From assembly GCF_009914755.1 (NCBI RefSeq), contig NC_060930.1: a DNA stretch of 64,000 bases, one strand, 5' to 3'. Position numbers and translations under genes: made by a program. Below, piece after piece: positions 43,108 to 57,278 of the stretch (position 1 is its first letter; every line of letters begins with the position of its first letter). Source of the stretch: the human T2T-CHM13v2.0 reference genome, Homo sapiens. The notes beneath the pieces are model-generated. The model was not told the origin of the DNA, did not search any database, and saw only the letters and a list, made by a program, of their open reading frames with translations.

Positions 43108-43216
43108 GTAAGACTGCACAAATATTTGACTTCTTTTGAAAGACTGTGAGGTCTAATAAATTTCCATTTGTAAATCTCAGTAAGTAATATGTTTCTTTTC
43201 CCCCAACTGTTAATAG

Positions 43217-43399
43217 CTTTTGGTCAGTGTAGACCAGAAACACTTGTTTGAAGCACGCAGTGGAATCCTCTCAATCCTTCATATGATCATGTCCTCTGTG
43301 ACACTGCTTTGGAGCATACTGCATCAAGCTGATTCTTCAGAAAAGATGACTATTGCCGCATCCGCATCTCTTACCACTATTAATCTTGGAGCTACAAAG
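43217..43399 (+). CDS. DOP1A: DOP1A exon 21 (LLVSVDQKH...LGATK)
   Basis: taatag|, AAG|gttaga, 183 nt. Confidence 0.95.
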
Positions 43400-44916
43400 G
43401 TTAGACAATTCATATTTAATCTGTAGAGCTCAAGAGTCTGAGGACCTTCCCAAAGATTATATTCAGAATATGTGAATAATTTGTGTAGTATTTACAGGAC
43501 TCTGCTAATTATCAAATAATTTTTAACAGTTTTCCTGGGCTATGGCTGACGTATCATAGAATTTGCCCATTTTTAAGTATACAATTCAGTAATTTTTTTA
43601 GTAAATTTACAGAGTTGTGAACTATCACCCCAGTCCAATTTTTGAATATGTTCTTTACCACAGATTCCTCATGGCCATTTGCACTCACTCCCTGTTCCCA
43701 TCCCTAATCCCAATCAACCACGAATCTATTCTCTCCATATATTGATTTGCTTTTTCTGAAAAAGTTCATATAAATGGAATGATAACAATATTTGGTCTTT
43801 TGTGTCTAGCTTCTTTCACGTGACATATTTTTAAGGTTCATTCATACATGTTATAACTTTATTCCTTTTTTTTTTAGGGCATTTTAAATTGACATTTTAA
43901 TATGCAAAGCCCTCCTAGAAAACAATTTAGCAATATGTATAGAGAGCTTTAAAGGTTTCATAGTCTTTGACCTAGTAATCTACTTTAGGAATGAATTCTA
44001 AGGTAATTGAAATTATACAAAGATGTATATACAAAGTGTTCATTATAGTATTATTTAATGGCAGAAAAAACAGAGATCCTAAACAATTAATTAGGGAATG
44101 TTTAAATTATCCTTTCAATGTTTCATTACATAGCCACTAATATTCATGGTTTTGAAGAATTCTTATTGGATGGAGAAGGGCTCAAAAGCTCAGTGAAACA
44201 GGGATGTTACATAATTGAACAAATACCATATTTTCAATTATGTAAAAAATGTTATCTGCAGAAAAAGGAATAAAGAAAGTTTGCATTTTATCAGTAATTA
44301 TCTCAGGATGGTGGGATAACTTATTGATTTTTAAATTTTTTTTCTTCCTTGCACTCTGATATTTTCCAAATGCTGTGCCATGTCAAGCTGTCAAATTGAT
44401 ATCCTTCAATAACCTAATTTTGCTCCTAGACCAGACCACCTGGATCAGGGATCCAAGGGAACACATAGGGAAGTGGGAAAAGGGTAAGGGTGGGAACCAT
44501 TAGAACATTTGATCTAAGTTTTGATGCTTGGATTAAACTATACTTTTTATGTTTCGTTTTACTTAAATAAAACAGAAGGTGTTTTATAATTATAGAATCC
44601 CTCACCTTTTTTTAAAGGACTCTATATCAGACTTACTAAGTTGAATTTTATATGTGTTGTGTTTTTCTAGTATCTTTTCACAGTGAATAGACTTTTATTT
44701 GGCTGATTGGTAGCCGTCATTTTATAGGATTTGTTTTTCTTTTAGAATTATAGTCATATTGTAGCTCTTAACGTTATTAAAGTTTCCTCTAGTGTTATTT
44801 AGATAGTAAAACCTATAAGTACTATATTATTTCAAAGAAACCAAAAACGCAGTCTAGTTGTAAATGTTTTTTCATTTTTTAAAAGTTTCACTTTCATTTG
44901 CTTCAAATTGTTTTAG

Positions 44917-45042
44917 AACTTGAGACAACAGATTCTTGAATTGTTGGGCCCCATTTCAATGAATCATGGTGTTCACTTTATGGCTGCCATTGCATTTGTG
45001 TGGAATGAAAGAAGACAGAATAAAACAACCACCAGGACCAAG
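44917..45042 (+). CDS. DOP1A: DOP1A exon 22 (NLRQQILE...TTTRTK)
   Basis: ttttag|, AAG|gtatgt, 126 nt. Confidence 0.95.
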
Positions 45043-45223
45043 GTATGTATTTAGACATTTGGCACTTTTTGTTTTTGCATTTGGTGAGTACATGCTAATT
45101 TCCACTTCTCCATATATTGCAGTGGGGCCGGGGTAGATTCGAGTGTAAAGCAAAAGTCTGTCGACAGCTTTAGATAAATTGTTGCCTTAATTTCTTTAAG
45201 TATTGATTAAAATTTGAGGTCAA

Positions 45224-45578
<355 letters not shown>

Positions 45579-46131
45579 TTAGTATGATATTAAAACTAAA
45601 TAGAAATGGTAATATGGTACAGTATATTTTTCAAGTGCTAGTCATTTAGGGTACAAAGCAAGGATATGGAGAAAAGTTTTCATCTTGACTATAGTTTACT
45701 ATGATGTGATAGTTCAAAGAGTTCTTGTTTCTAAATATAATTCACAAATTTTTTTTTCTACTTTTTTTGGTAGAGATGAGGTCTCACTTTGCTGTTGGTC
45801 TTAGCTGAGTTATATATGTGAATTTTGTTGCTTTCTGAGTTTCAAAGCTCAAGAGAAATGCTCTATATTGAAAACAAATCATGGCACATTAGAATAGTAA
45901 GGCTATTATATAACTTACATTTATATAAAATATATGATTTTTTCCACCTAACAATTCCTGATTTTGTGCTGATTTTACATTACATTTTTAAATTAATCAA
46001 AATAAACATTCACACCATATTACATTATTTTGCATGTGAAGATTCAGTAGTAGATATCACTCACATTGAAAATTTAAATCCTGGACTACTTAAAAGCAGT
46101 AAAGAACATTTGATTTAACATGGCATGTTGA

Positions 46132-46310
46132 AGCCAGGCACAGTGGCTCATAGCTATAATCCCAGCACTTTGGGAGACCAAGGCGGGAGGATTGCTTGAG
46201 GCCAAGAATTCAAGACCTCATGAGACCCTGTCTCTACAAAAAATAAAAATAGTGAAGTGTTGTGGCATTTGCCTGTAGACCTATCTACTCAGGAGGCTGA
46301 GGCAGGAGAA
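46132..46310 (+). mobile_element. Partial AluJ
   Basis: Left arm plus start of right arm; ggaggattgcttgag motif. Confidence 0.8.
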
Positions 46311-46419
46311 TTATCAGGTATATTACAGCTGATAATATGTAATTCACATAGAGCAATGCCTAGCACTTAATAATCACTGTGTAAATATTAGCTATATTAT
46401 TCCTCATATTTAAATAGAA

Positions 46420-47900
46420 ATAGAGAGCCAAGGATTACCAGTCACATAAAGTCTCTAATGTGATAGACAGACTGAAACAACTAGATTTTAAAAAGTCAAA
46501 CAGTGCAGATAACAGAAGAAAATGTAAATAATAGTAATGTCCTTAAGTGGGTGAGACCATGAAGTAGAAAGGGAGATCATAGGAAAGACCATTCCCAAAA
46601 TTAAAATTTTTCATGGATATTAAAAATTCTGCAACAGAAACAAAGCAATATTTTTAGGAGGGTTGGAACAGAAAGTGGATAAATATCAGAAATGGAATAC
46701 AAATTTAAAGATACGGAAAATACGAGAAAAGAGATAAGAATATTAGAGGAGTGATACTAGAGACCCAGTATCTTTCTGCAGAATTTAAAAACAAGAGGAG
46801 AAAAATACAAAGAAATAATACAATAAAAGTCCTCAGGAATGAAGTAAATATGTTTCCAGATTGTGCCTACCACTGTGAAAAGAGATCTGCACAAAGATTA
46901 GCATGTAATTTCAAAACACTGGAGATAAAGAAGAGATCCTAAAAGCTTCTAATGAAAGAATACTGGTCACATTCCAAAGAATAAAGATGAGATTTGTTAA
47001 CAGCAACACTGGGAATTTTGATGGGAAGTTAGTTTCAACCCATAATTCTATCTCCAGCCAAACTGTCACTCAAACATTTTCAGCTATGCAATGTCTCAAC
47101 AACAACAACAACAAGGAAAATTGCCATGAGTTCACTTTTTCTTGGCTACTGGAAGATGTAACTCCACCGGAGGAGGAATAAACCAAGAATGAAGAAGACA
47201 GGGGATCCAAGAAATGGGCTGCAACACAAAAGAGAAAGCAAGGGGAATCTCTGGGATAATGGTAACAGGAGAGATATCAAGATGACACTGTGTAGCAAAC
47301 CTAGAGAGTATCAACCCAGGGTAGAATAAAAAGACATCTAACAGAAATGTCTCAAGGAAAAAAGAGAAGAGAGGGAGGAAAAGATACAAATTAATTACCT
47401 GAAGTATTTGAATATGTAATTAGAGATTTACAGTTGAAGTATTTAGGGATGAATTTTTAATAGGTACAGAGAAAATGAAGCAAACAAAGCAGTTTATTAG
47501 CTCTAGGAAAAACAAAAAGTTGTACCATAAAACAAATGCAATGCTAGTACAATGCACATTGCAACCAAAAATAATCATGTGAACATTGGATATGGATTTA
47601 AATAAAAATATGATATAACAATGTTGAGAGGATAGGTAGAAAAGTATAAGAGAGCTACATCTTTGTCTTCCAAAATAAGTAATGAATAGATAATGTCTAA
47701 AATTGAAAATAAAATCAGGAAATAGGAAAAATAGTAGTATATGTTATTTAGACGTAATGGAAAAGAACATAAAGAGTTGAGCATGGTTGCTTTGGGGCAT
47801 GGGAAGGGATATAGGACAATACTATTTTTTCTTATAAAGCTTATTGTTCTGTTTTATTTTTTGAGGTGATGTACCTTTATTGATGAAAAATAAATAAATT
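46420..47900 (+). mobile_element. Ancient L1M fragments (ORF1-region and 3' pieces)
   Basis: A-rich degraded L1 motifs (tttcaaaacactggagataaagaagagatcctaaaagcttc); boundaries approximate. Confidence 0.55.
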
Positions 47901-47902
47901 TT

Positions 47903-48104
47903 GAGCCTGGGCAACATAGGGAGACTCTGTCTCCACAAAAAAATTAAAAAATTATATGGGCATAGTGGCATGCCTGTGGTCTCAGCTACTCAGGAGGCTG
48001 AAGCAAGAGGATCGCTTAAACCTATGAGGTTGAGGCTGCAGTAAACTGTAATTGAGCCACTGCACTCCAGCCTTGGAGACAGAGCAAGACCCCATCTCAA
48101 AAAA
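47903..48104 (+). mobile_element. 5'-truncated AluJ
   Basis: agcctgggcaacatag...gagcaagaccccatctcaaaaa. Confidence 0.85.
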
Positions 48105-48474
48105 TATATACATATATTGTATATATATATATATATGCAAATTTTACTTTTATATATATAATATATATATTTAAAAGTATATATATAATATATATAATAT
48201 ATATATAATATGTATATATATAATATATATATTATGTATATATAATATATATATTATATATATATTATATATATATTATATATATATTATATATATAATA
48301 TATATATAATATATATATTATATATAATATATATATATAATATATATATTATATATATATAATATATATAATATATATATAATATATATATTTAAAAGTA
48401 TATATATATTTAAAAGTATATATATATATATAATATATATATATATAATATATATATATATAAGTAAAATTTGC
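48105..48474. repeat. ~370-bp TA-rich low-complexity tract with inverted-repeat caps
   Basis: Almost pure A/T; gcaaattttactt (48137-48149) and aagtaaaatttgc (48462-48474). Confidence 0.95.
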
Positions 48475-48523
48475 CTAAAGTAGTCAAGGGACTTGAAGAG
48501 GTCTTTATATTAAATAGAGGCCA

Positions 48524-48665
48524 GGGCTGGGTGCAGTGGCTCATGCCTGTAATCCTAGCACTTTGGGGGGCTAAGGCAGGAGGATCATTTTGAGCACAGG
48601 AGTTTGAGACCAGGCTGGGCAAAATAGCAAGACCTCATCTCCATTTAAAAAATATAAAAAAAGAA
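48524..48665 (+). mobile_element. FLAM / Alu left monomer
   Basis: ggctgggtgcagtggctcatgcctgtaatcc followed by an A-rich end after one arm. Confidence 0.85.
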
Positions 48666-48748
48666 GAGATCATAAAATACTCTCTTCTGTAACTTCCCCT
48701 AAAAGACTTATATACATACATACATACATACAATGATTTATTACCTAG

Positions 48749-48883
48749 GTCATTCCTGCAGCCAGTGAAGAACAGCTTTTATTAGTGGAATTGGTTCGTT
48801 CAATCAGTGTCATGAGAGCAGAAACTGTTATCCAGACTGTAAAAGAAGTTTTAAAGCAGCCACCAGCCATAGCCAAGGACAAG
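48749..48883 (+). CDS. DOP1A: DOP1A exon 23 (VIPAASEEQ...AIAKDK)
   Basis: acctag|, AAG|gtaaga, 135 nt. Confidence 0.95.
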
Positions 48884-50460
48884 GTAAGAAAAAACTCTTC
48901 TTCACATGTGTTTACAATTCTGTTTCAGAAATTATGCTGGTAAGATTTTTTTTTGTACAATAATGTCCTTTCAATATAGTACAGATTGCAGAGATGACTG
49001 CATGTGGCCCTCACACTGCTTCAATCAAAACAATTATCAATATTTGTAGTGACTTGCTATTCTGATTATTCGGTAGCCAGTGAAGAGCAGTTAACTGCTC
49101 ATATCTTCATATGTACCTCAAAGGTAGTCAGGGACCATGTGACTAAATTCTCAGGAGAGATTTTTCTGGTCATTTAAAGAACATAAGCCAGAGCTCAAGA
49201 TTTGCTTCTCTCAGTTGTTGCCATTTTTCATAGCTTCTTTATTGCTTTCTTTTCTGAATGAATCTCTTAATTCTGTGAACTCCCCAAATTTTGCTATAAC
49301 CTTAGTTCTAGTCAATGTCATTTCTTGACCATGTATAATACTGTGCTATGCAAGTGCTACACTATGAATGACATAGTCTCTGCACACACATTGCTGTGTT
49401 TCTAGGCAAAAATAAAAGTCTACAAATTAGGAATATTACGGACTTTTCTACTTTTTCTGCTCTTTGTTCAAGCAATACCAAGAGGTCATATTTTCCCAGA
49501 AAGTATTTACCAACTACAAACATTAGACTTTGAGCCAAGCCAAAATAGACCTAATCACATCCTTTAAAGAATTATGATATATATCTGAAAATGTTGAATG
49601 ATGTTTTCCTTTTATCTTGTGTTTCCAAAGGGAGTAAGATGTGTGTGAATAGTCAGTGTCCTTATTAAGTTTTTAATAAAAACTGGGGCATTTGTCATAG
49701 GATTTTTAGTTTGTATTTTGAGTACCTATTTGTGCCAGACATTGAGCAACACATGAGGGATATGAAAACAAATTAGAGCCAATCCACCGTCCTGCCCCAC
49801 CAACCTGTGTCCCCTTATTAAGTTCTGAATCTATTAGACACTTGATTTTTGGACAGGAAACCTTCAAGGAAATAGTTGGGACTAAAAAAGCACAAATTGA
49901 TAAACGTCAGTGGTCATCAATATCATTCTCTGGCCTCTTGTTAATTTCCAAGGGCAGGTGTTTTATTTTTATTATATATTACACTCAACACTATCTTTAA
50001 TTTAGTGGCTATATTTAAAGCTCTTAGGAATTGATCACAAATTTGAACTACACTAATTGAACAGATATGTGTAATAAGACTCAAATACACATTTCATTAA
50101 AAATCTCAACCTCATTCTGATAGCACCAAGCATAAGCTACCTAAAATAGTGTTGATACTTATAGAGTACATGAATCATTTAAAAGTGAGTGGTGGACTAT
50201 CAACTTCTGATATATGGAAGGAAAAATTGACAGTCTTTCCATTCCTTCCATCTGTTTTCAACTTTTAAAATAGCTCATGTGTTCTGAATTTTTCCTACTG
50301 AGTGGAAGAGAACTGCATGGCTCATTAATGAAAAATTGATGATTTTGTTCTTTCAATTTTTTTAATTAAAAATTGGCAGTAAGATACAGAGTAGTTGCAA
50401 CAATGAAAAAGCAAAGGCAGTATTCTTCTTCACTACAAAATTGATTTCTTTTATTTATAG

Positions 50461-50516
50461 AAACATCTTTCTTTGGAAGTCTGCATGCTTCAGTTTTTCT
50501 ATGCTTATATTCAAAG
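50461..50516 (+). CDS. DOP1A: DOP1A exon 24 (KHLSLEVCMLQFFYAYIQR)
   Basis: tttatag|, AAG|gtaaga, 56 nt. Confidence 0.95.
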
Positions 50517-51356
50517 GTAAGATTACTGATATTGATCTGTCCTTACTATGTTGCTAGAAACAGAGAAACATTATTTATGGATATATTAATATAAGTAATG
50601 AGTGTCTTAACGACCCAGCCATGTATATCCTACAAACCTAAAGACCTAAGGATATTGAAGATTCCTAGATAGTAAAACACTGAATTGTGATAAAATCATT
50701 TAAACATAAATGAAAAGTTGAACCTACTCTCGAAACTATGCATATTGCCACTGAATCCATTATTTTGGTATAGGTGAACATACAGTAATTCATTCTGCTT
50801 TTTTAATGTTAGGAATGATTACATGAAATATCTTCTTACTATCATATTCCATTTTGCGTTTAACTGACCTGTGAACAGAAGTTATGATTTGAGTTTTTAT
50901 AACTTCTTACTCAAGAACCTGACTCTTCATCCTCCTTTATAAGATAATTCCATTTTATTCACCAAACTCAGCCTCCATTTGTAATCTATGACTAGCATTA
51001 TAAGGTCAGGCTATTGAGTGTATTTAAACTGGTTGTGACCTAGAGCAAGCACTGCCTAAAATCTGAACTTATATACAGAGAGGTGTTAGGGTTAAGGTCA
51101 GACTGAAACAAAGATAGTCTTCATTATTTTTACAGGTTAAAGACTAATGTTCAGTTGACAGCCCTCCATAATATGAGGTAGAGACGTACAAGGTGAAGGA
51201 AAAAGAACTAAGAGGGAAATGGAGAGACCAGGCTAGGGAGTACATGACTGTGGTATCAGTAGTTAAACTGAGAATTACTGCAGTTGTATTTTACTTTTGA
51301 GATCCCATGTGATAAATGGGATTTCAATAGAAAAATTTCTAGATTAAGAAATTGCA

Positions 51357-51889
<533 letters not shown>

Positions 51890-51983
51890 CTATCATTGTC
51901 TATAAAAATTTAGAGAATGTTCCACAAACTAGTAGAAAACCATAGTTTATTGTGGCTTTTGTATAAACTATATTATCTTGCAG

Positions 51984-52088
51984 AATTCCAGTGCCCAATT
52001 TAGTGGATAGCTGGGCGTCACTGTTGATACTTCTGAAAGACTCTATACAACTGAGTCTTCCAGCTCCAGGGCAGTTTCTTATACTTGG
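51984..52088 (+). CDS. DOP1A: DOP1A exon 25 (IPVPNLVDSW...QFLILG)
   Basis: cttgcag|, GG|gtaagc, 105 nt, phase 2 to 2. Confidence 0.95.
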
Positions 52089-53318
52089 GTAAGCAATTTC
52101 ACTTAATATTATTTCAAATAAAAGGATAATGTTAATTGTCCTAGTTGCCAAGTATTAGTAATAGATATTTTAGGTGACAGTGATCTCTCTACCTTCTCAT
52201 AGTGTTCTTGAGATGCAAAACTAGATGTATAAGGCCTGTTTAAGAAAAAAAAAAGTGGGAGGCAGGGTGAGAGGAGGAAACAGTCTATGTTTATACATAT
52301 ACAAAATGTAACTACACTAACATAAAACTGTTACAACAGTAGCTGTTTCCGTGGTGGTGGAGAGTATGGAATGGAAAGGGGAGGGGGTGATGTAGCATGG
52401 CTGAAGGGGAACTTCACAGAGGAGGGACACTTGAGCTGGGCCCCAAACCTAAACAGCCTGGGAAAATTTTTCTCTTTGTGTCTTGAAGTTTTCTGATTTA
52501 TCTTAGTGATTTATATGATTATTTGATAAATGTTAGTCACCTATGACTGCAAGTACTGGGATGTCATAGTCAGTCTCTCTTTCTTGCTTGCCATTATTCT
52601 TGATTCCTAATAGGTCCCCAGTAAATACTTGGTAAGTGAATAGAGGTGGTGGGCACAGAAAGCCTTTGTGAAACAGGAAGGGGAAGGGTATTCTGGGGCG
52701 AAGTACCTTGTCTGATTTGGTAATAGAGCAGGGCACAGGCAGTGGTATAGTGGAAAATAAGACTGAATGAAAAGGGAGATGGGAGCTAGATGGGGCAGGA
52801 TCTTGAATTTTATTTTAAAGAATGTGGTCTTGAAAGGGAGTGGGAGCGGTTGCAGGTTTTTGAGGAGAGACATGACTGGCATGTTAGTAGTAGTAGGCTA
52901 GATCAGAGGGGAAAGAGGCTAGACTAGGAATTCTATTTCAAGTGGGAAGTGTGGGGATGGTTTCAACTATTGATGGGATTGAAAGAACAGGATAAAGAAG
53001 GAGAAGGGGCCAGCAAAGGAGATAGAAAGGGAAGTATCAAAAAGAAGAAAACCAGGCATTTGATTGTCCAGAACCAAAGGGAGGTTAAGAGAGCATGGTT
53101 AACACCTACAGAGAGGTTAAGGAAGGTGAGGAATAATAAAAGGCTATGTTTGTTGACAATCTGGACAGGCATCCTAATTGTCCAATCACCAGTTATCTGA
53201 TGATTTTGGAGAGAGGGTTTGGAGAGGTAGCAGCACAGATGTGTTAACAGCAAATGCTTAGTGTGGGAAAGTAAGTGTTGATTCTTCTTTGAGGATATTT
53301 GATCATGAAAAGAAAGAA

Positions 53319-53496
53319 GCCACATGCGGTGGCTCATGCCTGCAATCCCAGCACTTTGGGATGCTGAAGCAAGAGGACTGCTTGAGCCCAGAGTTTGAGA
53401 CCAGCCTAGGCAACATAGGGAGACTGTGTCTCTACAAAAAATTTAAAAATTAGCCAGGCATAGTCACACGTGCCTGTAGTCCCAGCTACACAGGAG
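53319..53496 (+). mobile_element. Partial AluJ
   Basis: Left arm plus start of right arm. Confidence 0.8.
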
Positions 53497-54399
53497 TTGT
53501 CATAAGGTTCAGAGAGGGAATGTATGTACAGGTGTTGGAATCATCACCAAATAACCCTGCTGGCTAATTTCATCAAAAAATTAAGTTCATTTGTTGTGAT
53601 CTGTAGCTGTTCCCCTCCAATATTTTACTGTTTCCTTACATGCCTTTTCTTCCTTTCAGAATGAAGGATCCTCTTCCTTTTCAACATGTGCATATTCTGA
53701 ATGTTAAAACAAAAAGTTGAAAGTTGAACATTTTCAGTTATACTAGAAACTTTATTTCCTTTTAAAATTTGTCAGTTTACCTTTTTGCCAACCATTGTAC
53801 TGATCCTCTAAAATTACCTAATTAAAAAATAGATATTGATATGAAGGTTGCTCTTTAGTTTCATTTTACATATTAGTTTGGAAGTAATTGTGCATATAAT
53901 TTATCTTTTAAAAAACCATGTCAGAGTGAATATTGAGTAGACTCTTAGCAAATAATGAAAATGGAAATTTTTTTCTTCATGAACTATTTTTAATGTGTTA
54001 TGGGAAGAAATCATTTCTGTATTACAATTTAAGATTTTTTAAACTTTTCTGTTTATATATAAAACACACATAGAAAAATACACAAATAATTAGTACACAA
54101 CTCTACAAATGCAAAGTTTGTAAAAAGTCAACATACCACTATATCATTACAAACCCAAATTAAGAAATAAAACACCATGTGTCCCTCCACACCTCTCCCA
54201 ATTACTATTCTTTTATCTCCCCAAATGTAACCACTATTCTAACACCACAGATGGATTTTGCCTTGTTTTTGAACTATAAGTATATATAAATATTTTGTGT
54301 CGGCTTCTTTTGTTCAACATATGTTTATGAGATTCATTTATGTAATTCACATATCTGTAATTTTTCATTGTTGTTTAGTATTTGAACATTCTGCAATTT

Positions 54400-54559
54400 G
54401 TTTTTTCTTTGATATGGGATCTTGCCAGGTTTCCCAGGCCAGAGTGCAGTGGTTATTCACAGCATGATCATAGCACACTGCAGCCTTGGCCTCAAGCAAT
54501 TCTCCTGCCTTAGCCTACCAAGTAGCTGGAACTACAGGCATGCACCACCACGCCTGGCC
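54400..54559 (-). mobile_element. Alu monomer (FRAM/FAM-like) within an old L1 fragment
   Basis: Diverged antisense single arm. Confidence 0.65.
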
Positions 54560-54832
54560 ACATTCCACAATTTATCTTTTCTGCTCTTGCTGGACATCTG
54601 GGTTCCTTCCACTTTGGGGCTCTTACAAAAGATGCTTTGAGCATCTTTATACAGTGTCTTTTCATGAGTATGTTTATGAATGTCAGTTGAGTCATAGGAT
54701 ATGTATATATATTAAATATTTAAAATGGAAATCAAGACCATTAAGCCGCTTAACTCATCGTGAGAAATTAGATCGCATTAGTTTCTTTTAGCCTGATATT
54801 TCCCGTTTCTGTTTTCTCTTTGGCCCTTTTAG

Positions 54833-54899
54833 GGTTCTGAATGAGTTTATTATGAAAAACCCTAGTTTGGAAAATAAAAAAGACCAAAGAGACCTTCAG
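54833..54899 (+). CDS. DOP1A: DOP1A exon 26 (VLNEFIMKNP...QRDLQ)
   Basis: ccttttag|, CAG|gtaagg, 67 nt. Confidence 0.95.
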
Positions 54900-55122
54900 G
54901 TAAGGCAGTCTAAGAGCTGTTGCCAAAACTGTTTCTCAGTGCCCTCAATTTGAAAATGAGAGAGTCAAATAAAATAAACTGAAGTTTCTTTCAACTCTGA
55001 ACATTCTATGGGAATCAACAAGTCTATTGTAAAATATCTATTATCAGAAATATAAACTACAGAAGTTCATAACTAGTGTGCATGTGTGTACCATACATAG
55101 TTGTTCTTCCTTATTTTTTTAG

Positions 55123-55267
55123 GATGTAACTCACAAAATAGTGGATGCAATTGGTGCAATTGCTGGTTCTTCTCTGGAACAGACAACATGGCTGCGACGA
55201 AATCTTGAAGTTAAGCCTTCTCCCAAAATAATGGTAGATGGAACCAATTTGGAATCTGATGTTGAAG
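55123..55267 (+). CDS. DOP1A: DOP1A exon 27 (DVTHKIVDA...ESDVED)
   Basis: tttttag|, AAG|gtattc, 145 nt. Confidence 0.95.
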
Positions 55268-55407
55268 GTATTCTTGTCAAACATTTAGGTTTATTATCTG
55301 TAAGCAGGCATATATTTACTAAGAAATCATTTTGCCTAGCACTATAAGTACCACAAATTTATCCCTTTTCTCATGTCTAACAAGTAACTTTTTTTCAGTG
55401 GGAAAAA

Positions 55408-55468
55408 TATATATATACATATACATATATATATACATATATAAAAATAATACACACACACACACACA
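55408..55468. repeat. (TA)n/(TACATA)n/(CA)n microsatellite in the 256-nt intron
   Basis: Read directly from the sequence. Confidence 0.9.
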
Positions 55469-55523
55469 TAAAATTTATTTTCAGTGGGAATTAGCCATAT
55501 CTTTAATTTTCTCTTATTTATAG

Positions 55524-55603
55524 ATATGTTATCACCTGCAATGGAAACCGCAAACATAACTCCTTCTGTATATAGTGTCCATGCATTGACATTACTCTCT
55601 GAG
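55524..55603 (+). CDS. DOP1A: DOP1A exon 28 (MLSPAMET...LTLLSE)
   Basis: tttatag|, GAG|gtaaat, 80 nt. Confidence 0.95.
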
Positions 55604-55737
55604 GTAAATATTAAGCTTTTTCACATGAACTCTCAAGTAGACTGTTTCATTATTAAAAATTAGCAAGTAATTTTTATAGAGGAATTTCTAATTTGAGAAA
55701 CTATTTTGTGCTTCTAGAAATCACTATATAGAATTAA

Positions 55738-56152
<415 letters not shown>

Positions 56153-56745
56153 CTGGGGAGGGGTGGAGGTGATCTAAAGCCTGCCACTATAATGTATTTT
56201 ACAATTTACCAAACATTTTCATGTACATTGTCTGACAGGTTCTTTTTTATACCCTATTATACACATGTCATTTTGTTTCCTCTTTGCAGATGTGGATAGT
56301 GACCTTTACAAAGATCAGAACAATAGGACTAAGGCCAAATAGCTGTTAATTGACAGTGTTGGAATTTGAACAGCCCAGTTCAATTGTTTGTTTTTTTTCC
56401 TAAACTACATTTTAGCTGAGTCAGGGAAAAAGAATACTATAGTTTCTAGTACTAAATTCACTGTTTACTCACTGTCACAGAAGGTTCTTGAACTCTTTTC
56501 TTTTTTGTACTTCCCTATCTCAGTTGGAAATGGCAAGATTTGCCCATATTTATATCCTATAGTAACAATGTACAAAAAAGCAGATGGTGGCAAAACTCAT
56601 TAACATAAAAATGATTCAGGAAGATTTAATTTTAGATTTTTCTAATTTTAAGTAGTCTAGGTTTTCTAACAAACTGAAAATCAGTACCTTGGGATGATGT
56701 CAGTTTCACCTCATATGTTACTCTTCATTTTTTATGTTTTCATAG

Positions 56746-56855
56746 GTTTTGGCTCATCTTTTGGATATGGTTTTCTATAGTGATGAAAAGGAGCGGGTTA
56801 TTCCTTTACTTGTAAATATTATGCATTATGTTGTGCCCTACCTCAGAAATCACAG
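56746..56855 (+). CDS. DOP1A: DOP1A exon 29 ([17 protein letters not shown]...YLRNHS)
   Basis: ttcatag|, CAG|gtacta, 110 nt. Confidence 0.95.
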
Positions 56856-57128
56856 GTACTATCATTATTTAAATAGTTTTTAAAATTAATTCATAGCCTG
56901 TTAGAAACAAGTTCTGTTCCCTTATTGCCATTTCTAGAATTATCATAAAATGGCATTTTTACCTTGAATTATAATTGTTTAAAAAAATTCATATATTATT
57001 TTTCTTATGGTGCTTTCTATTTCATATCTTCATGTCACTGTCTTAGGTAAATGTGAACATTTATGTATAACTTGATAGGATGATTAAAGTTAGGACACAT
57101 AGGTTAAGGTGGTTTTTCTTCCTTGTAG

Positions 57129-57278
57129 TGCACATAATGCCCCTAGTTATCGAGCTTGTGTCCAGCTGCTCAGCAGTCTTAGTGGGTATCAGTACACACG
57201 GAGAGCTTGGAAAAAAGAAGCTTTTGACCTCTTTATGGATCCCAGTTTCTTTCAGATGGATGCCTCTTGTGTTAATCA
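57129..57278 (+). CDS. DOP1A: DOP1A exon 30 (AHNAPSY...[11 protein letters not shown]...CVNH)
   Basis: ccttgtag|, CA|gtaagt, 150 nt. Confidence 0.95.

Noticed and set aside
45043-45090. Alternative donor TTG|GTGAGT 41 nt downstream of exon 22
   Set aside because: Introduces an immediate stop, and there is no other support; ordinary cryptic site
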